Shown here one piece after another: positions 10,872-21,147 of a stretch of 64,000 bases of DNA. The position numbers and the translations under genes are program-made. The stretch's first letter is position 1. Each line of letters begins with the position of its first letter. The stretch comes from Candidatus Omnitrophota bacterium. GTDB lineage: Bacteria; Omnitrophota; Gorgyraeia; Zapsychrales; Fredricksoniimonadaceae. The notes below the pieces were generated by a model. The model searched no databases. It worked only from the letters and a program-made list of their open reading frames with translations, and was not told where the DNA came from. Location of the stretch: contig JBGAJA010000002.1 of NCBI GenBank assembly GCA_044225175.1, positions 600,991 to 664,990 on the forward strand, in the 5' to 3' direction.

Positions 10872-12616
10872 TATTTATTGTTAATCGAATCTTGAGTGGG
10901 ATCGGGTTTGTAGTAGCGGGTTTTTACTTCTTGTGGGACGTCGCCGGTTATGATTTTGGGAGTTAAGAAGATAACAATTTCACTTTTGACCGGATGATCA
11001 TCGCTGTTTCTAAATGCTGCACCTAGAAGAGGAATGTCACCTAAGACAGGAATACGATTAGATGTTTTGACTGTCTGGTCTTTGATGAGACCTCCAATGA
11101 TGATTGTTACTCCATCTTTAATAGTCACATTTGTTTCAGCTTGGGAAGTGTCCACAATGGGGATTTTATTTCCATTACTGGTCGTTAAAGATGTCCCTGC
11201 AGAGCTGACTTCAGGACGAATTTTCATGGTGATGAATTTATCTTGATGGATGGTTGGAGTAACATACAGTTTAACCCCGACATCGATAAAATTAACGCTT
11301 TCGGCAGTGGTAGCAGGTCCAGATGAGGGGGTAGTTGTTGTGGAGGTGACATAAGGCTGGGTGGTTCCAACGAGTATTTTAGCTTCACGGTTATTTAAAG
11401 AGGTAATGCTCGGGCTTGAGAGAATTGTTGTGTGTTGCATGGTTTGCAAAGCTTCAAGTAAAACGGTGTATCTGTCATTATCAATGGTCCCTATATTTAA
11501 GGTCCCTGAATTATTAGAAGTTGCTGGTAAGACCTTAAAATTAGAATTGAAGTCGATGAATTTCTTGTTATTCTCAGCCCTATTAATAAGGCCTTGCCAA
11601 TCAATCCCTAATTGGGTTTCTTTGTCTAAAGTTACTTGAATAATCTTGGCTTCAATAAGAACTTGAGGCTCTTTAATATCAAATGCTTTGATCAGTTTTG
11701 AAATCTCTTTGATCTTAGTTGGGGTATCAGTAACAACTATCTTATTGGTTCTTTCATCGAAACGAATACGACCCGTGTCTTTATTGAGGACTTCCGATAA
11801 TTTCTCGTTGACTGTTTTAGCTTGGGCATAAATCAATTCAAAGACTTCTGTTTGTACGGGGACATCGATCTTTTTGATCAAATTACCCATGACAGTCAAT
11901 TTTTCTGAAGAATCAATCATGACTAAGACATTAGATTTGATGTCAGCTAATATTTTTCCAGATTGGCTCTTAATCTGCATAAGGACCGCAGTAATATCAT
12001 TAACATTGGCATAATTTAAATGGACAGCCATTGTTTTAACATTGCCTCCAAATTTATACCCATATCTATCTTCAAACTCTTTAGCAGGCATGACTCTCAC
12101 AATACCTTCTTCTACTTTGTAGGCGAGATTATTTGAATCCAAAATAATTGTTAAAGCATCTCTAAGTTTGACATCTTTGAGAAAAATGGTTGCCTTCCCA
12201 CGAACATTTTGATTGGCAATAATATTTAATCCACTTTTAGATGAGAGCAATTTAAGAACATCTGAAATTTCAACATCTTTGAGTTCAAGGACATCAATCG
12301 TTTCGTTTGCAGTGATATCATCTGGCTCTGTGGGAGTGTTTTGGTCAGATGCAACATCATTAGCAGTGCTGTTTTCAGTGACTATAGAGGTTGAGGATAA
12401 CTCTTGAGGAGCATAGGCTGTAGAATTTCTTAAAACACCCTCTAGATTGTCGGAAACTGTTTCTCGATACTCGTTTACAGGCGCATTGAATTCATCTAGA
12501 GCATCAGTGATGATAGCATTTCTTTGGGAAGACATTTTTTCTTGAGCAAGACAAAGAGAAACTGTAGTGCCAAAAAGAAAAATACTGGTCATAAATATTA
12601 ATGTTTTTTTTGTCAT
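10871..12616 (-). CDS. gspD: Secretin GspD/PilQ family (outer-membrane channel of the T2SS / type IV filament system)
   Basis: Signal peptide, N-domains, and the C-terminal secretin domain (IEAKIIQVTLDKETQLGIDWQGL, TIIIGGLIKDQTVKTSNRIPVLGDIPLLGAAFRNSD...VIFLTPKII). Confidence 0.9.
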   Translation of the reverse strand: MTKKTLIFMTSIFLFGTTVSLCLAQEKMSSQRNAIITDALDEFNAPVNEYRETVSDNLEGVLRNSTAYAPQELSSTSIVTENSTANDVASDQNTPTEPDDITANETIDVLELKDVEISDVLKLLSSKSGLNIIANQNVRGKATIFLKDVKLRDALTIILDSNNLAYKVEEGIVRVMPAKEFEDRYGYKFGGNVKTMAVHLNYANVNDITAVLMQIKSQSGKILADIKSNVLVMIDSSEKLTVMGNLIKKIDVPVQTEVFELIYAQAKTVNEKLSEVLNKDTGRIRFDERTNKIVVTDTPTKIKEISKLIKAFDIKEPQVLIEAKIIQVTLDKETQLGIDWQGLINRAENNKKFIDFNSNFKVLPATSNNSGTLNIGTIDNDRYTVLLEALQTMQHTTILSSPSITSLNNREAKILVGTTQPYVTSTTTTPSSGPATTAESVNFIDVGVKLYVTPTIHQDKFITMKIRPEVSSAGTSLTTSNGNKIPIVDTSQAETNVTIKDGVTIIIGGLIKDQTVKTSNRIPVLGDIPLLGAAFRNSDDHPVKSEIVIFLTPKIITGDVPQEVKTRYYKPDPTQDSINNK

Positions 12617-13122
12617 GATTTTTCTATAGGTAATTCGACTTTTTGACCTTCATGTTCAAAGATAATTTTATTTTTTTGGATTTCCATTAAATTCAAGTCG
12701 TTCAGCTTGTCTCCTATGGATAAGATTTGGGTATTGCCTGCGCTTACATTTTGAATAATGACAGTCGGACTCTTGGATAACATCACTCCAAGCACTTTGA
12801 AATTCTTTAAATCCATCTTGGCAGAATTGCTGGGCGTAGCATTGGGATCGATGGTTTTCTTTTCTTTAGGTAGCTGAAAAAGACTTTGTCCTCGCATTAT
12901 TTGAGAGTATTCAGAAAAATGGGTAGTCGTGGGCAGGAGCTTTTCTAGAGAGTAAGCATTCTTAGAATCCATAGATTCTTGATGAAGTACAGGAATTTCC
13001 TTTTGGATCAAAACAATCCTCACAAGTATGTATGCCGCAAGACATGCAGAGATAAGGGCAAAGAATTTGCTAAGAGTATTTAAAGTTTGATTATTTAAAA
13101 GATTAATTTTTCCTAAGATCAT
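12613..13122 (-). CDS. GspC / PilP-like protein (single TM plus an HR-type periplasmic domain, no PDZ)
   Basis: N-terminal TM helix. The C-terminal domain FKVLGVMLSKSPTVIIQNVSAGNTQILSIGDKLNDLNLMEIQKNKIIFEHEGQKVEL matches the PilP/GspC-HR fold pattern. It overlaps the secretin start, consistent with a shared operon. Confidence 0.5.
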   Translation of the reverse strand: MILGKINLLNNQTLNTLSKFFALISACLAAYILVRIVLIQKEIPVLHQESMDSKNAYSLEKLLPTTTHFSEYSQIMRGQSLFQLPKEKKTIDPNATPSNSAKMDLKNFKVLGVMLSKSPTVIIQNVSAGNTQILSIGDKLNDLNLMEIQKNKIIFEHEGQKVELPIEKS

Positions 13123-13215
13123 ATATATTCTCTTGAGTACAACCTAATCTGACACAAATAAAAAAAGGTGTCAATTGGATATTGAGGTTTCTTTATTCTT
13201 AATTTAAGAAAAATA

Positions 13216-13749
13216 CTATTTAATTAAAGATTTGGTCAAGATGAGCTTACTTAGTAAGTTTGAGTCGGAAGAAGGGGCTTTGGTGATTTGAAATTCATTG
13301 ACTGTATATAGATGAGGGCAGTTTTGTAATGTGGATAGAAAATCCATAATATTATTAAGGGTTCCTTGCACAGAAACCTCAATTGTAAAATCACTTCCAA
13401 CGGGAGTTGTTTTAGATTTTAATGGATCAGAAGCGGTGCTCTGTAGATGATTGTCTTTTGCAATTCCCTCAATCTCTTTTTTTATTAAGGTCAATTGTTC
13501 TTTGTCTGAAACAGACTGGTTAAAGCAGTCCATTGCTTCAGAATAATTTTGCTGGTAAGGCTGGCTTTTAGAAATAGTTTGGACTGCTTTGTTAAACTCT
13601 TTTTCAAGGGTCAGAATTTTGTCTTGAGTTGTTTCCTCGCTATCTTTTAAAGGTACATATATTCCACGATAGGCAGTGAAAATCAATAAGGCTATACAAC
13701 TTATAACAAAAATTCTTTTTTCGCGTTCTGTAGAAATTATTTTTCTCAT
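13216..13749 (-). CDS. GspM / PilO-like bitopic inner-membrane protein
   Basis: N-terminal TM (VISCIALLIFTAY), then a coiled coil, then a periplasmic domain of about 100 aa. It lies between the gspL-like gene and the gspC/pilP-like gene. Confidence 0.45.
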   Translation of the reverse strand: MRKIISTEREKRIFVISCIALLIFTAYRGIYVPLKDSEETTQDKILTLEKEFNKAVQTISKSQPYQQNYSEAMDCFNQSVSDKEQLTLIKKEIEGIAKDNHLQSTASDPLKSKTTPVGSDFTIEVSVQGTLNNIMDFLSTLQNCPHLYTVNEFQITKAPSSDSNLLSKLILTKSLIK

Positions 13750-15191
13750 TGTTTTGATGGATTCGTTTGAGCAAGAATTACAAAATCTAAGTATCCCTGA
13801 TTGTTATATTGTTGAGAATTCTTTTTTTGAAGAGTTACACTCTTTACCCATGTCAAATTCTGAATTCTTTTTTGAAATGAAGATAAAATATTCTGATTAC
13901 CAGCTATTCCATCTATGCGCAATGTGAGATCTTGATCAAAGCTTATTTGACGAAAATAAATTTCGGAAGGAGTAGCTTGATAGATGTCGCGCAGAATATC
14001 TGTCAAAGGAACCTGTGGATGGCTGATAGATTGAATCTTACGAATGTTATCCAGTTTTTTCTCTTCTTCTTTGGATTTCTCTTGGATTGCATCTATTCTT
14101 TTTTCAAGGCTTTGGAGATAAACATACTTTTGATAAGTTTCAAAACGGAGGGCAAAGACAATCAAAGCTAATAGAACACTTAGACTTAAAAGAAATTTGA
14201 GAAGATGGTTAATGGCAAATTGAGGTTCATTAGAGTTTTGTGCGACCCGTGGGACTAAATCAATTTGATGCTCTGTGCCTGCATTAACAAAGCCCCAAGC
14301 ACCTATCAAAGATACCATAGAATAATTTTTGATCAGAGAAAGAACTTGGAGTTCACATGGAATTTTTTCAGATGGTCTAATGATTTCAACGGGAATATTA
14401 AATCGCTCCACGATTCCTTTGCTCAAAGTTTCTATCTGAGTAAAATCAGTTGCTATGAAGATCTTTTCTATGTTGAGGGCTGGAAATTCGTTCTGATAGG
14501 CTTTGAGCGTCAATTCTACCTGATTGAGCATATCACTCAGATCGTCTTTTCTTAAATCACTCAATCCAGCGTTAAAATTACGTGAAAATAGAAATTTCCC
14601 TTCGTAATAGAAGCATAATTCCGCATCATCATAATCTAAGTTTAGAATTCCAAGAGGATTCTTCTCTTCTGTAAATTGACTAAACCATCCAGCAATTCCA
14701 AAGGAACTAATAAAAACATTAGAAACAGTTAATCCTGCTCCTTCTAAGGGTTTAAGGCATGCTGAAATTTGTTCGATAGGACTGATTGCTGAAAGGACTT
14801 TAGTGTAGCCGTCTGGTAATTTTTCAAGAATATAGTGATCGTAGACAATTTCTTCTTGCGTAAAGGGAACTTGTTGAAGAATTTTCAAAGAAAGCATCTT
14901 GTGTATTTCTTGTTCATCCTGCGAAGGCATTGAGAACTGCTTTAAAATTACATAGCGCTTTGGAATCACGACAATAGTGTTTTTAACTTTGATGCTAACT
15001 TGAGATAGAAGATTGATCACCTGCTGTTCGGTACGATTTGAAGTTTCAATAATATCAAGGTTGCTAAGAAAAGGTTTGCCCTTTTGCATTTTGATCTGCA
15101 GGACCTTTAGGTAGGTATTAGTTACTTCAATAATTGTTCGGTTTTCTTTGATCATCTTAATTTCTTTGCCAATGCAAAAGCGATAATTCAT
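13746..15191 (-). CDS. gspL: GspL-type assembly-platform protein: a cytoplasmic actin-like (PilM-like) domain fused through one TM helix to a PilN-like periplasmic domain
   Basis: A roughly 320-aa actin/FtsA-like N-domain, then the TM helix FLLSLSVLLALIVFAL, then a coiled coil and a periplasmic domain. It sits directly after gspK, as in canonical T2SS operons. Confidence 0.65.
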   Translation of the reverse strand: MNYRFCIGKEIKMIKENRTIIEVTNTYLKVLQIKMQKGKPFLSNLDIIETSNRTEQQVINLLSQVSIKVKNTIVVIPKRYVILKQFSMPSQDEQEIHKMLSLKILQQVPFTQEEIVYDHYILEKLPDGYTKVLSAISPIEQISACLKPLEGAGLTVSNVFISSFGIAGWFSQFTEEKNPLGILNLDYDDAELCFYYEGKFLFSRNFNAGLSDLRKDDLSDMLNQVELTLKAYQNEFPALNIEKIFIATDFTQIETLSKGIVERFNIPVEIIRPSEKIPCELQVLSLIKNYSMVSLIGAWGFVNAGTEHQIDLVPRVAQNSNEPQFAINHLLKFLLSLSVLLALIVFALRFETYQKYVYLQSLEKRIDAIQEKSKEEEKKLDNIRKIQSISHPQVPLTDILRDIYQATPSEIYFRQISFDQDLTLRIDGIAGNQNILSSFQKRIQNLTWVKSVTLQKKNSQQYNNQGYLDFVILAQTNPSKQ

Positions 15192-16146
15192 TACGTTTTA
15201 TAGTTACATGAAGATCAGTTGTGGCTTTTGTTATGTCGTCAATTCCCGTGACTTGGATATGAATGTATTGAGGTGTTTTTTGTCGTTGGGATTGCATCAT
15301 CTGAAAAATCGCACTTTCTTTTGAGTTAAGACTAATTTTATTAGATTCAAGTGCTCTTTCTTGAGCGGTTGAACTGGTTGAATTCAAAGTCTTTCGATAA
15401 TCCATAATTTTTTCAACTAAATTATCAGCATCCTCAATGGAAGTGTTTGTTTGAGGGCCACAAAAACTTCTAGCAAAAGCATGTAAGACCTCAACGGAAG
15501 CCATATCTAGATTAATCAAGAAAGGGCCTTGAGCTGGATCAATTGTAATAAAATCTTTTATCTTTTGGAAAATATTTTTGTTCATTCCTCGGATTAATAA
15601 GAGTTCTTGGATGCTTTCAAAGGGCTGATTTTTACTTTCATATCCTAACGGTTTATAAGTTTCATCTTCGCTGCCATAAGGAGCATTAAAAACAGTAGTA
15701 TCGCCATCAATCCAATCAAGTACCGAGGAAGAAATAGTTAATGCTGTTTGTTCATCTATACCAACGTGAGTTAGCAAGTTGCTTAGAATAAGATAATTTG
15801 TGGATGTTATTGCGTTGATATTGATTTTACTTTCTTCATCTTGAAGCTGAACGATACGAAATGACCCCGAACCTATCTTAACTGGTTTTGAGAAGATTTC
15901 AGGATTGAAAACGTCAGGTTTGATGAGATCTTTATTCAACGTGTCTTTCTTAAGCAGATCAATGGCGTAGATAAGGCCGGAGAAGGCCATATATTTAGAT
16001 TGGATTTTGCCATTAAAATGTTTTGCTAATGTCAATTCAACGTGAGTCTGACGTCCTAAACCAATGGCTAATAAAGACAAGATCACCATAATCCATAGGA
16101 CTGCGAAAAGTATTATACCAGATTTATTTTTGGTTCTTCGTATCAT
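15157..16146 (-). CDS. gspK: GspK minor pseudopilin
   Basis: N-terminus SGIILFAVLWIMVILSLLAIGLG; the size (329 aa) and position after gspJ fit GspK. Confidence 0.7.
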   Translation of the reverse strand: MIRRTKNKSGIILFAVLWIMVILSLLAIGLGRQTHVELTLAKHFNGKIQSKYMAFSGLIYAIDLLKKDTLNKDLIKPDVFNPEIFSKPVKIGSGSFRIVQLQDEESKININAITSTNYLILSNLLTHVGIDEQTALTISSSVLDWIDGDTTVFNAPYGSEDETYKPLGYESKNQPFESIQELLLIRGMNKNIFQKIKDFITIDPAQGPFLINLDMASVEVLHAFARSFCGPQTNTSIEDADNLVEKIMDYRKTLNSTSSTAQERALESNKISLNSKESAIFQMMQSQRQKTPQYIHIQVTGIDDITKATTDLHVTIKRNELSLLHWQRN

Positions 16147-16825
16147 TGGTAAATTTTCCCCATAACCCTGTCGGAATAATAACCGTTTTTTCTATAGGAA
16201 TTGAATGTTTAGGATTTTCAGGATCTAAAAAGGTAATCTGAAAGCGTACGCTCAGGGGAAAAAAATCGTCTTTCCATTCATTGGTCCAAGTCAGGACGTC
16301 CTTATCCATAAATCCATAAGAAATTTTTAAAGAATTTTTAATAATTTGTTTGTTGAGGACTTCATCTTGAACTTTTTGTCCCCAGCCATGTTCTTGTCTT
16401 ATTAAATAACTTGTTTGTTGTTGATCGGACACTTGATTAGTTGTTACTGCGACATTCTTGGAGGTATGTTGCCCAATTTGAACGGTGTGAATATGCGCGT
16501 TTTGAGGATCAACAAGAAAGTAATGGATTCTTTTGAGTCCGTTATCTGTGGGTACGACGAGGGAGAAGTCTTTGTTGCTTCCTGAAAAAGCCATATTGAA
16601 AGGATTTTGATCTTTGGAATGATAGGGAACCATGTTCTCTAAATCAAACTGTATGGTATCTAAGGTCCACCGGATGCTCCGAAATGATTTCTCAAAATTT
16701 TCTGACCGCTTACTGATTTGCAAGCCACTAAAAAAAGTCCCGTAGAGACAAAGAGCTATGATACCAAAAATGGCAAAGGCCAAAAGAAATTCAATGAGTG
16801 TTAATGCCCTATTTTTCTTTGTCAT
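16124..16825 (-). CDS. gspJ: GspJ-like minor pseudopilin (prepilin-type N-terminus)
   Basis: RALTLIEFLLAFAIFGIIAL class III signal / methylation motif; 233 aa; operon position. Confidence 0.6.
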   Translation of the reverse strand: MTKKNRALTLIEFLLAFAIFGIIALCLYGTFFSGLQISKRSENFEKSFRSIRWTLDTIQFDLENMVPYHSKDQNPFNMAFSGSNKDFSLVVPTDNGLKRIHYFLVDPQNAHIHTVQIGQHTSKNVAVTTNQVSDQQQTSYLIRQEHGWGQKVQDEVLNKQIIKNSLKISYGFMDKDVLTWTNEWKDDFFPLSVRFQITFLDPENPKHSIPIEKTVIIPTGLWGKFTNDTKNQK

Positions 16826-16833
16826 ACTTTGGA

Positions 16834-17235
16834 TTAATCCGGGTTAAATAAGAATAATGATGTATCAATGGACTGTTTATTTTTTCCTGAATTCCATGAA
16901 AGAGATAGATCCACTTGATTGACATCGCTGGCTGAGTGTTCATCTGGCCATGTCTTCGCATTTGAAGAAAGGGTGTATTTGTATTCGTTAAAAGGTGTTT
17001 CAAATTGACCGCTGTCATGGACGTTATCTTCAATTGTCTTATTTAAGAGGAGCTCAGAGAATTTTTGATCAATTAAGAAGGCTGCTTGAGAATAGTTACG
17101 ACTATAGTTTAAGGCCCGAAGACTTACTGAAAGAGACTGCACAATAAAAGTAAGTCCCACGGATAGGATAACGATCACAATGAGGACTTCTAATAATAGG
17201 GCCCCTTTTTGAGAGCGAAGGGAGTTAATTTGCAT
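16834..17235 (-). CDS. gspI: GspI-like minor pseudopilin
   Basis: KGALLLEVLIVIVILSVGLT prepilin N-terminus; 133 aa. Confidence 0.6.
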   Translation of the reverse strand: MQINSLRSQKGALLLEVLIVIVILSVGLTFIVQSLSVSLRALNYSRNYSQAAFLIDQKFSELLLNKTIEDNVHDSGQFETPFNEYKYTLSSNAKTWPDEHSASDVNQVDLSLSWNSGKNKQSIDTSLFLFNPD

Positions 17236-17680
17236 CTAGAACCTCAATTTGTCCGCGTTGTTGTTGGGTCGATATAATTAAACATTCTTTTCCATTACAT
17301 AACAGGATGTCAGTTTTTTCAATTTCTCCATTGGGAAAGAAGTCAATCGAAGGTTTTGAACTGTTAATAGTAAAATGTTCTGGTAGCACGCTAATGTTGC
17401 CCCATTGCCCGACGATAGGTTGAAATTCTTTTGATGGCAGCTTAGAGGATGGTTCCAGAAGTTGATATTTATTAAAGAGATCATTAAATGAAAGGCGAAT
17501 TATTTTATTTTGAGTAACAGCACGGCTTTGAGCGTAACGCATCATGTAAGAAAGATTATTAGCTGTATTTTGTGTTTGTATGCGCGTATATGATCGACTT
17601 AGATTCGGTAAAGAAAAGGCTGCAGCAACGGCAAGTAATACCATTACTAACAACATTTCGACTAACGTAAATGCTTTCAT
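17225..17680 (-). CDS. gspH: GspH-like minor pseudopilin
   Basis: MKAFTLVEMLLVMVLLAVAAA prepilin N-terminus; 151 aa. Confidence 0.6.
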   Translation of the reverse strand: MKAFTLVEMLLVMVLLAVAAAFSLPNLSRSYTRIQTQNTANNLSYMMRYAQSRAVTQNKIIRLSFNDLFNKYQLLEPSSKLPSKEFQPIVGQWGNISVLPEHFTINSSKPSIDFFPNGEIEKTDILLCNGKECLIISTQQQRGQIEVLDAN

Positions 17681-18129
17681 TGTTTTTTGCTTGAGGCAGA
17701 ACTATCTTCCCAGTTAACAATATCATCACTGCTTTCCACACCATCAGGTCCCAATGAAGAAAGATCATAGCTGTCGGTATTATGGACCCCTGGAGAAACA
17801 TATACATAATTTCTGCCCCAAGGATCAACTGGGATCTTTTTCTTTTTTAAATAGGGTCCTTTCCATCGTGTGGGCACAGGAGCAGCAGAAGGCTCGCTGA
17901 CAAGAGCTGTTAAATTTTGTTCAGTAGTGGGGTAACGTCCACTGTCAATTTCATACATATCCAAAGCAGAAGAAATGTTAGCCATAATATCAGCTTTGGC
18001 AGCAGCCCGTCTGGCTTCTTCACCACGCCCAGCTAGATTAGGTACAATCATTGCTGCTAATACACCAATGATAATGACAACGAGTAAGATTTCAACAAGA
18101 GTAAAGCCTTTACGAGATTGTTGTGACAT
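17677..18129 (-). CDS. gspG: Major pseudopilin GspG
   Basis: KGFTLVEILLVVIIIGVLAAMIVPNL...RRAAAKADIMANISSALDMYEIDSGRYPTTEQNLTALV...WKGPYL is the classical GspG/PulG signature. Confidence 0.9.
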   Translation of the reverse strand: MSQQSRKGFTLVEILLVVIIIGVLAAMIVPNLAGRGEEARRAAAKADIMANISSALDMYEIDSGRYPTTEQNLTALVSEPSAAPVPTRWKGPYLKKKKIPVDPWGRNYVYVSPGVHNTDSYDLSSLGPDGVESSDDIVNWEDSSASSKKQ

Positions 18130-18153
18130 TTCTGCCCCCTTAAGATGATATTT

Positions 18154-19362
18154 TTATTTAATTAACATATTCATTTGGAAAATTGGTAAAAGCATGGCCA
18201 TAACAACAGAACCTACGATGGTTCCCATGACAAGAATGAGTATAGGTTCAATTAAAGTTGTCATATTCTTGATAAAACGTTGAATCAAACGTTCGTAATA
18301 TTGCGCAAGTTTGTAAAGCCCTTTGGCTAAATGTCCTGTTTCCTCACCAATTGTAATCATTTGGGAAGCTGTCTCAGGGAATAAAGAGATTTTCTCAATG
18401 GCATGAGCTAAACTTTCTCCTTTATTCACATCAGTCTCAATTTGTGACAGGGCATTTTTGAAAACTTGATTCTCCATAACTAAAGCCACACTTTTTAAGG
18501 CGGCAACAATGGTGACTCCATTATCCAGCAGAGTAGCTAATGTACGACTAAAACGCTCTATTTCTACATTTCTAAGAAAATTTCCAAAAATTGGTAATTT
18601 TAATTTAAATGTGTCTATCTTCAGCCTTCCTTCTTCAGCCAAGCTCATTTGTCTTAAAGCAAATCCTAAGCCAAAGATAACCAACGCTATTAGCCACCAA
18701 AAATGAGAGAAGAAACTGCTCAGCCCAAGTAATATTTGTGTAGGCAAAGGTAAGGTTTGATTCAAATCATCGAAGATTGCGCTAAGACGGGGAATGACCC
18801 ATGTAAGTAATACAAAAATAGTGATGGCCCCAACAGTCATAATCAAAGAAGGATAGACTAAGCTTGCTTTAATTTGCATTTCAGTATCTTGCTGGCGTTC
18901 ACTGAATTCTGCTAGACGCTGCATGACTTGATTAAGATTGCCGCTAATTTCTCCTGATTTGATAAGATTGACATACACAGGCGCAAATGTTTCAGGAAAT
19001 TTTTCTAAAGATTCAGAAAGCATGGAACCGTCTTTGACAGAAGTGTGAATTTCTCCAAGCATTTCTTTTAAAACAGGATGGTTGGTTTGTTTGTGGATAT
19101 GATTGATGGATTTTAATAACGGCACATCCGCTTCAATCAAATCGCTTAATTGTCGAGTAAACAAGATAATCTCTCGGGCAGGGACTTTTTTAGAAAAAAC
19201 AAAATTAAGAGCACTGGAACGTTCTTCTTCTTTAGAAACATCGATCGGAGTATATCCCAATTCTATAATTTTTTTGATAGCGCTATCGAGATTGTCAGCT
19301 TCAATGCGTCCTTGAACTGTTTTTTGTGGGCCTTGTTTTGCTGTATAAGAAAAGAGAGCCAT
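18154..19362 (-). CDS. gspF: GspF/PilC-family inner-membrane platform protein
   Basis: 402 aa with two repeated GspF domains, three TM segments and the conserved GEETG-like motif (ITIGEETGHL). Confidence 0.9.
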   Translation of the reverse strand: MALFSYTAKQGPQKTVQGRIEADNLDSAIKKIIELGYTPIDVSKEEERSSALNFVFSKKVPAREIILFTRQLSDLIEADVPLLKSINHIHKQTNHPVLKEMLGEIHTSVKDGSMLSESLEKFPETFAPVYVNLIKSGEISGNLNQVMQRLAEFSERQQDTEMQIKASLVYPSLIMTVGAITIFVLLTWVIPRLSAIFDDLNQTLPLPTQILLGLSSFFSHFWWLIALVIFGLGFALRQMSLAEEGRLKIDTFKLKLPIFGNFLRNVEIERFSRTLATLLDNGVTIVAALKSVALVMENQVFKNALSQIETDVNKGESLAHAIEKISLFPETASQMITIGEETGHLAKGLYKLAQYYERLIQRFIKNMTTLIEPILILVMGTIVGSVVMAMLLPIFQMNMLIK

Positions 19363-21098
19363 TATTTATAATCTTCCTTTGTGACACGAATGACTTCACT
19401 GGGGGTAGTAGTTCCTTCTTTAATTCTTTGCCATCCCGATTGGAGTAGGGTTGTCATTCCTAAACTCACAGCTTTATTTCTAATCTGAGCAGAGGATGCT
19501 CTCTGCATAACAAGTTCTCGAATTTCATCCGTGAACATTAAAAACTCATAAATGCTGGTTCGTCCATGGTAGCCCGTAGAGTTACATGCTTTACAGCCAA
19601 CTGCTTCGTAAATAGTAAGTCCAGCTTCTGTGGCAGGATTTAAACCAAAACCTTTTAACATCTCTGGCGTTGTGGTTGTAGGTGTTTTACATTTGATGCA
19701 CAGAGTACGAATGAGACGTTGGGCAATGAAACATTCAACAGCGCTAGTGACTAAGTATGGGTCTATGCCCATGTCCATTAAACGTGTAACACCGCTTGCG
19801 GCATCATTCGTATGTAAAGTCGAGAAGATTAAATGACCTGTCATAGCAATTTGTACAGCGGTTCGTGCAGTTTCAACGTCGCGGACTTCACCCACCATCA
19901 TGACATCAGGATCATGGCGCAGCATGGAACGAAGACCCCGGGCAAATGTTAATCCAATTTCAGGATGAATTTGCATTTGCATGATTCCATTTAATTGATA
20001 TTCGATGGGATCTTCGATGGTAATAATTTTCTTATCCGTATGATTGATATGAGATAGGCAGGCATACAGAGTGGTCGTTTTTCCACTTCCTGTTGGGCCC
20101 GTTACAAAAATAATTCCATGGGGTTTGACCAGTAAGTGATCGAGCTTTGCAAGATCTTCCGCAGACAACCCTAGATTTTTTAAGCTGATCAAGGAGGATG
20201 ATCGTAAGATACGAATCACCACGCTTTCTCCAAATTGAGTAGGTAGGAATGAGACGCGTAAATCTAAATTAGAGTCGCCTATTTTGACTTTAAATCGGCC
20301 ATCTTGAGGAAGACGTTTCTCGGCAATGTTTAAGTTCGACATGATCTTAATGCGTGCATTGATAAAATCTCGGAAATGATAAATATTAGCAGGAAGTTTA
20401 GTGTCGGTCAGTACGCCATCGATGCGATATCGAATCTTTAGTTCGTTTTCATAAGGTTCAATGTGAATATCCGTCGAGCGATTCGTATAAGCCTCTAGAA
20501 GAACTTGGTTAAGAAATTTTGCAATGGTGGCTTCAGAATCAATTTCAGTTAAATCCTGATTTGTTTTCTCGGGACTTACTCTGATTTGAGCAGTTTCCAT
20601 CATTTGATCAATAGTTTCTGCTCCAACCCCGTAGTAAGTACGGATACTTTCAACTATTTCTTTTTCACTAGCTAAGACTGTTTTGATTTTTTCTCTGACT
20701 ACTAAGCTCACGCCATCCATAATATTAATATCCAGAGGATGGGCGCTAGCCAGCGTCAAAATTCCATTACTAAATTCGATGGGAATTAATTTATAGTAGG
20801 TCGCAATTTTTGCAGGGATTTTCTTAATGACGTCTTTAGGGATTTTGATTTGAGCTAAATTAACAAATTCAACGCCCATTTGGCTGGCCACAATGGGAAG
20901 GACATAGTTTTCTTCATCAACAAAGCCAAGCTTGAAAAGAGTGATCCCTAAAAGATCTCCGGTTTGTTTTTGCTTTTCTAAAGCAATAGCTAGTTGTTCG
21001 GCAGTGATAACTTTATTTTCAACTAAAACTTGTCCTAATAAGGCAGGTGGTCTTGATTTCATATTATCTCCAGCAACAATTTTATATACATTTGCCAA
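19362..21098 (-). CDS. gspE: GspE/PilB-family secretion ATPase
   Basis: Walker A VTGPTGSGKTTTLYA, Asp box, His box, and a tetracysteine zinc motif CIKCK...CKAC; an N1 domain is present. Confidence 0.95.
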   Translation of the reverse strand: MANVYKIVAGDNMKSRPPALLGQVLVENKVITAEQLAIALEKQKQTGDLLGITLFKLGFVDEENYVLPIVASQMGVEFVNLAQIKIPKDVIKKIPAKIATYYKLIPIEFSNGILTLASAHPLDINIMDGVSLVVREKIKTVLASEKEIVESIRTYYGVGAETIDQMMETAQIRVSPEKTNQDLTEIDSEATIAKFLNQVLLEAYTNRSTDIHIEPYENELKIRYRIDGVLTDTKLPANIYHFRDFINARIKIMSNLNIAEKRLPQDGRFKVKIGDSNLDLRVSFLPTQFGESVVIRILRSSSLISLKNLGLSAEDLAKLDHLLVKPHGIIFVTGPTGSGKTTTLYACLSHINHTDKKIITIEDPIEYQLNGIMQMQIHPEIGLTFARGLRSMLRHDPDVMMVGEVRDVETARTAVQIAMTGHLIFSTLHTNDAASGVTRLMDMGIDPYLVTSAVECFIAQRLIRTLCIKCKTPTTTTPEMLKGFGLNPATEAGLTIYEAVGCKACNSTGYHGRTSIYEFLMFTDEIRELVMQRASSAQIRNKAVSLGMTTLLQSGWQRIKEGTTTPSEVIRVTKEDYK

Positions 21099-21147
21099 AG
21101 AATAAAGGATTTTAATTTACAATTTTGTATAATGATTACTTGAATTC

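Noticed and set aside
13123-13215. A possible promoter or repeat in the gap between the gspC/pilP-like and gspM/pilO-like genes
   Set aside because: It is plain AT-rich spacer with no hairpin or repeat structure. The genes on either side are on the same strand in one operon.
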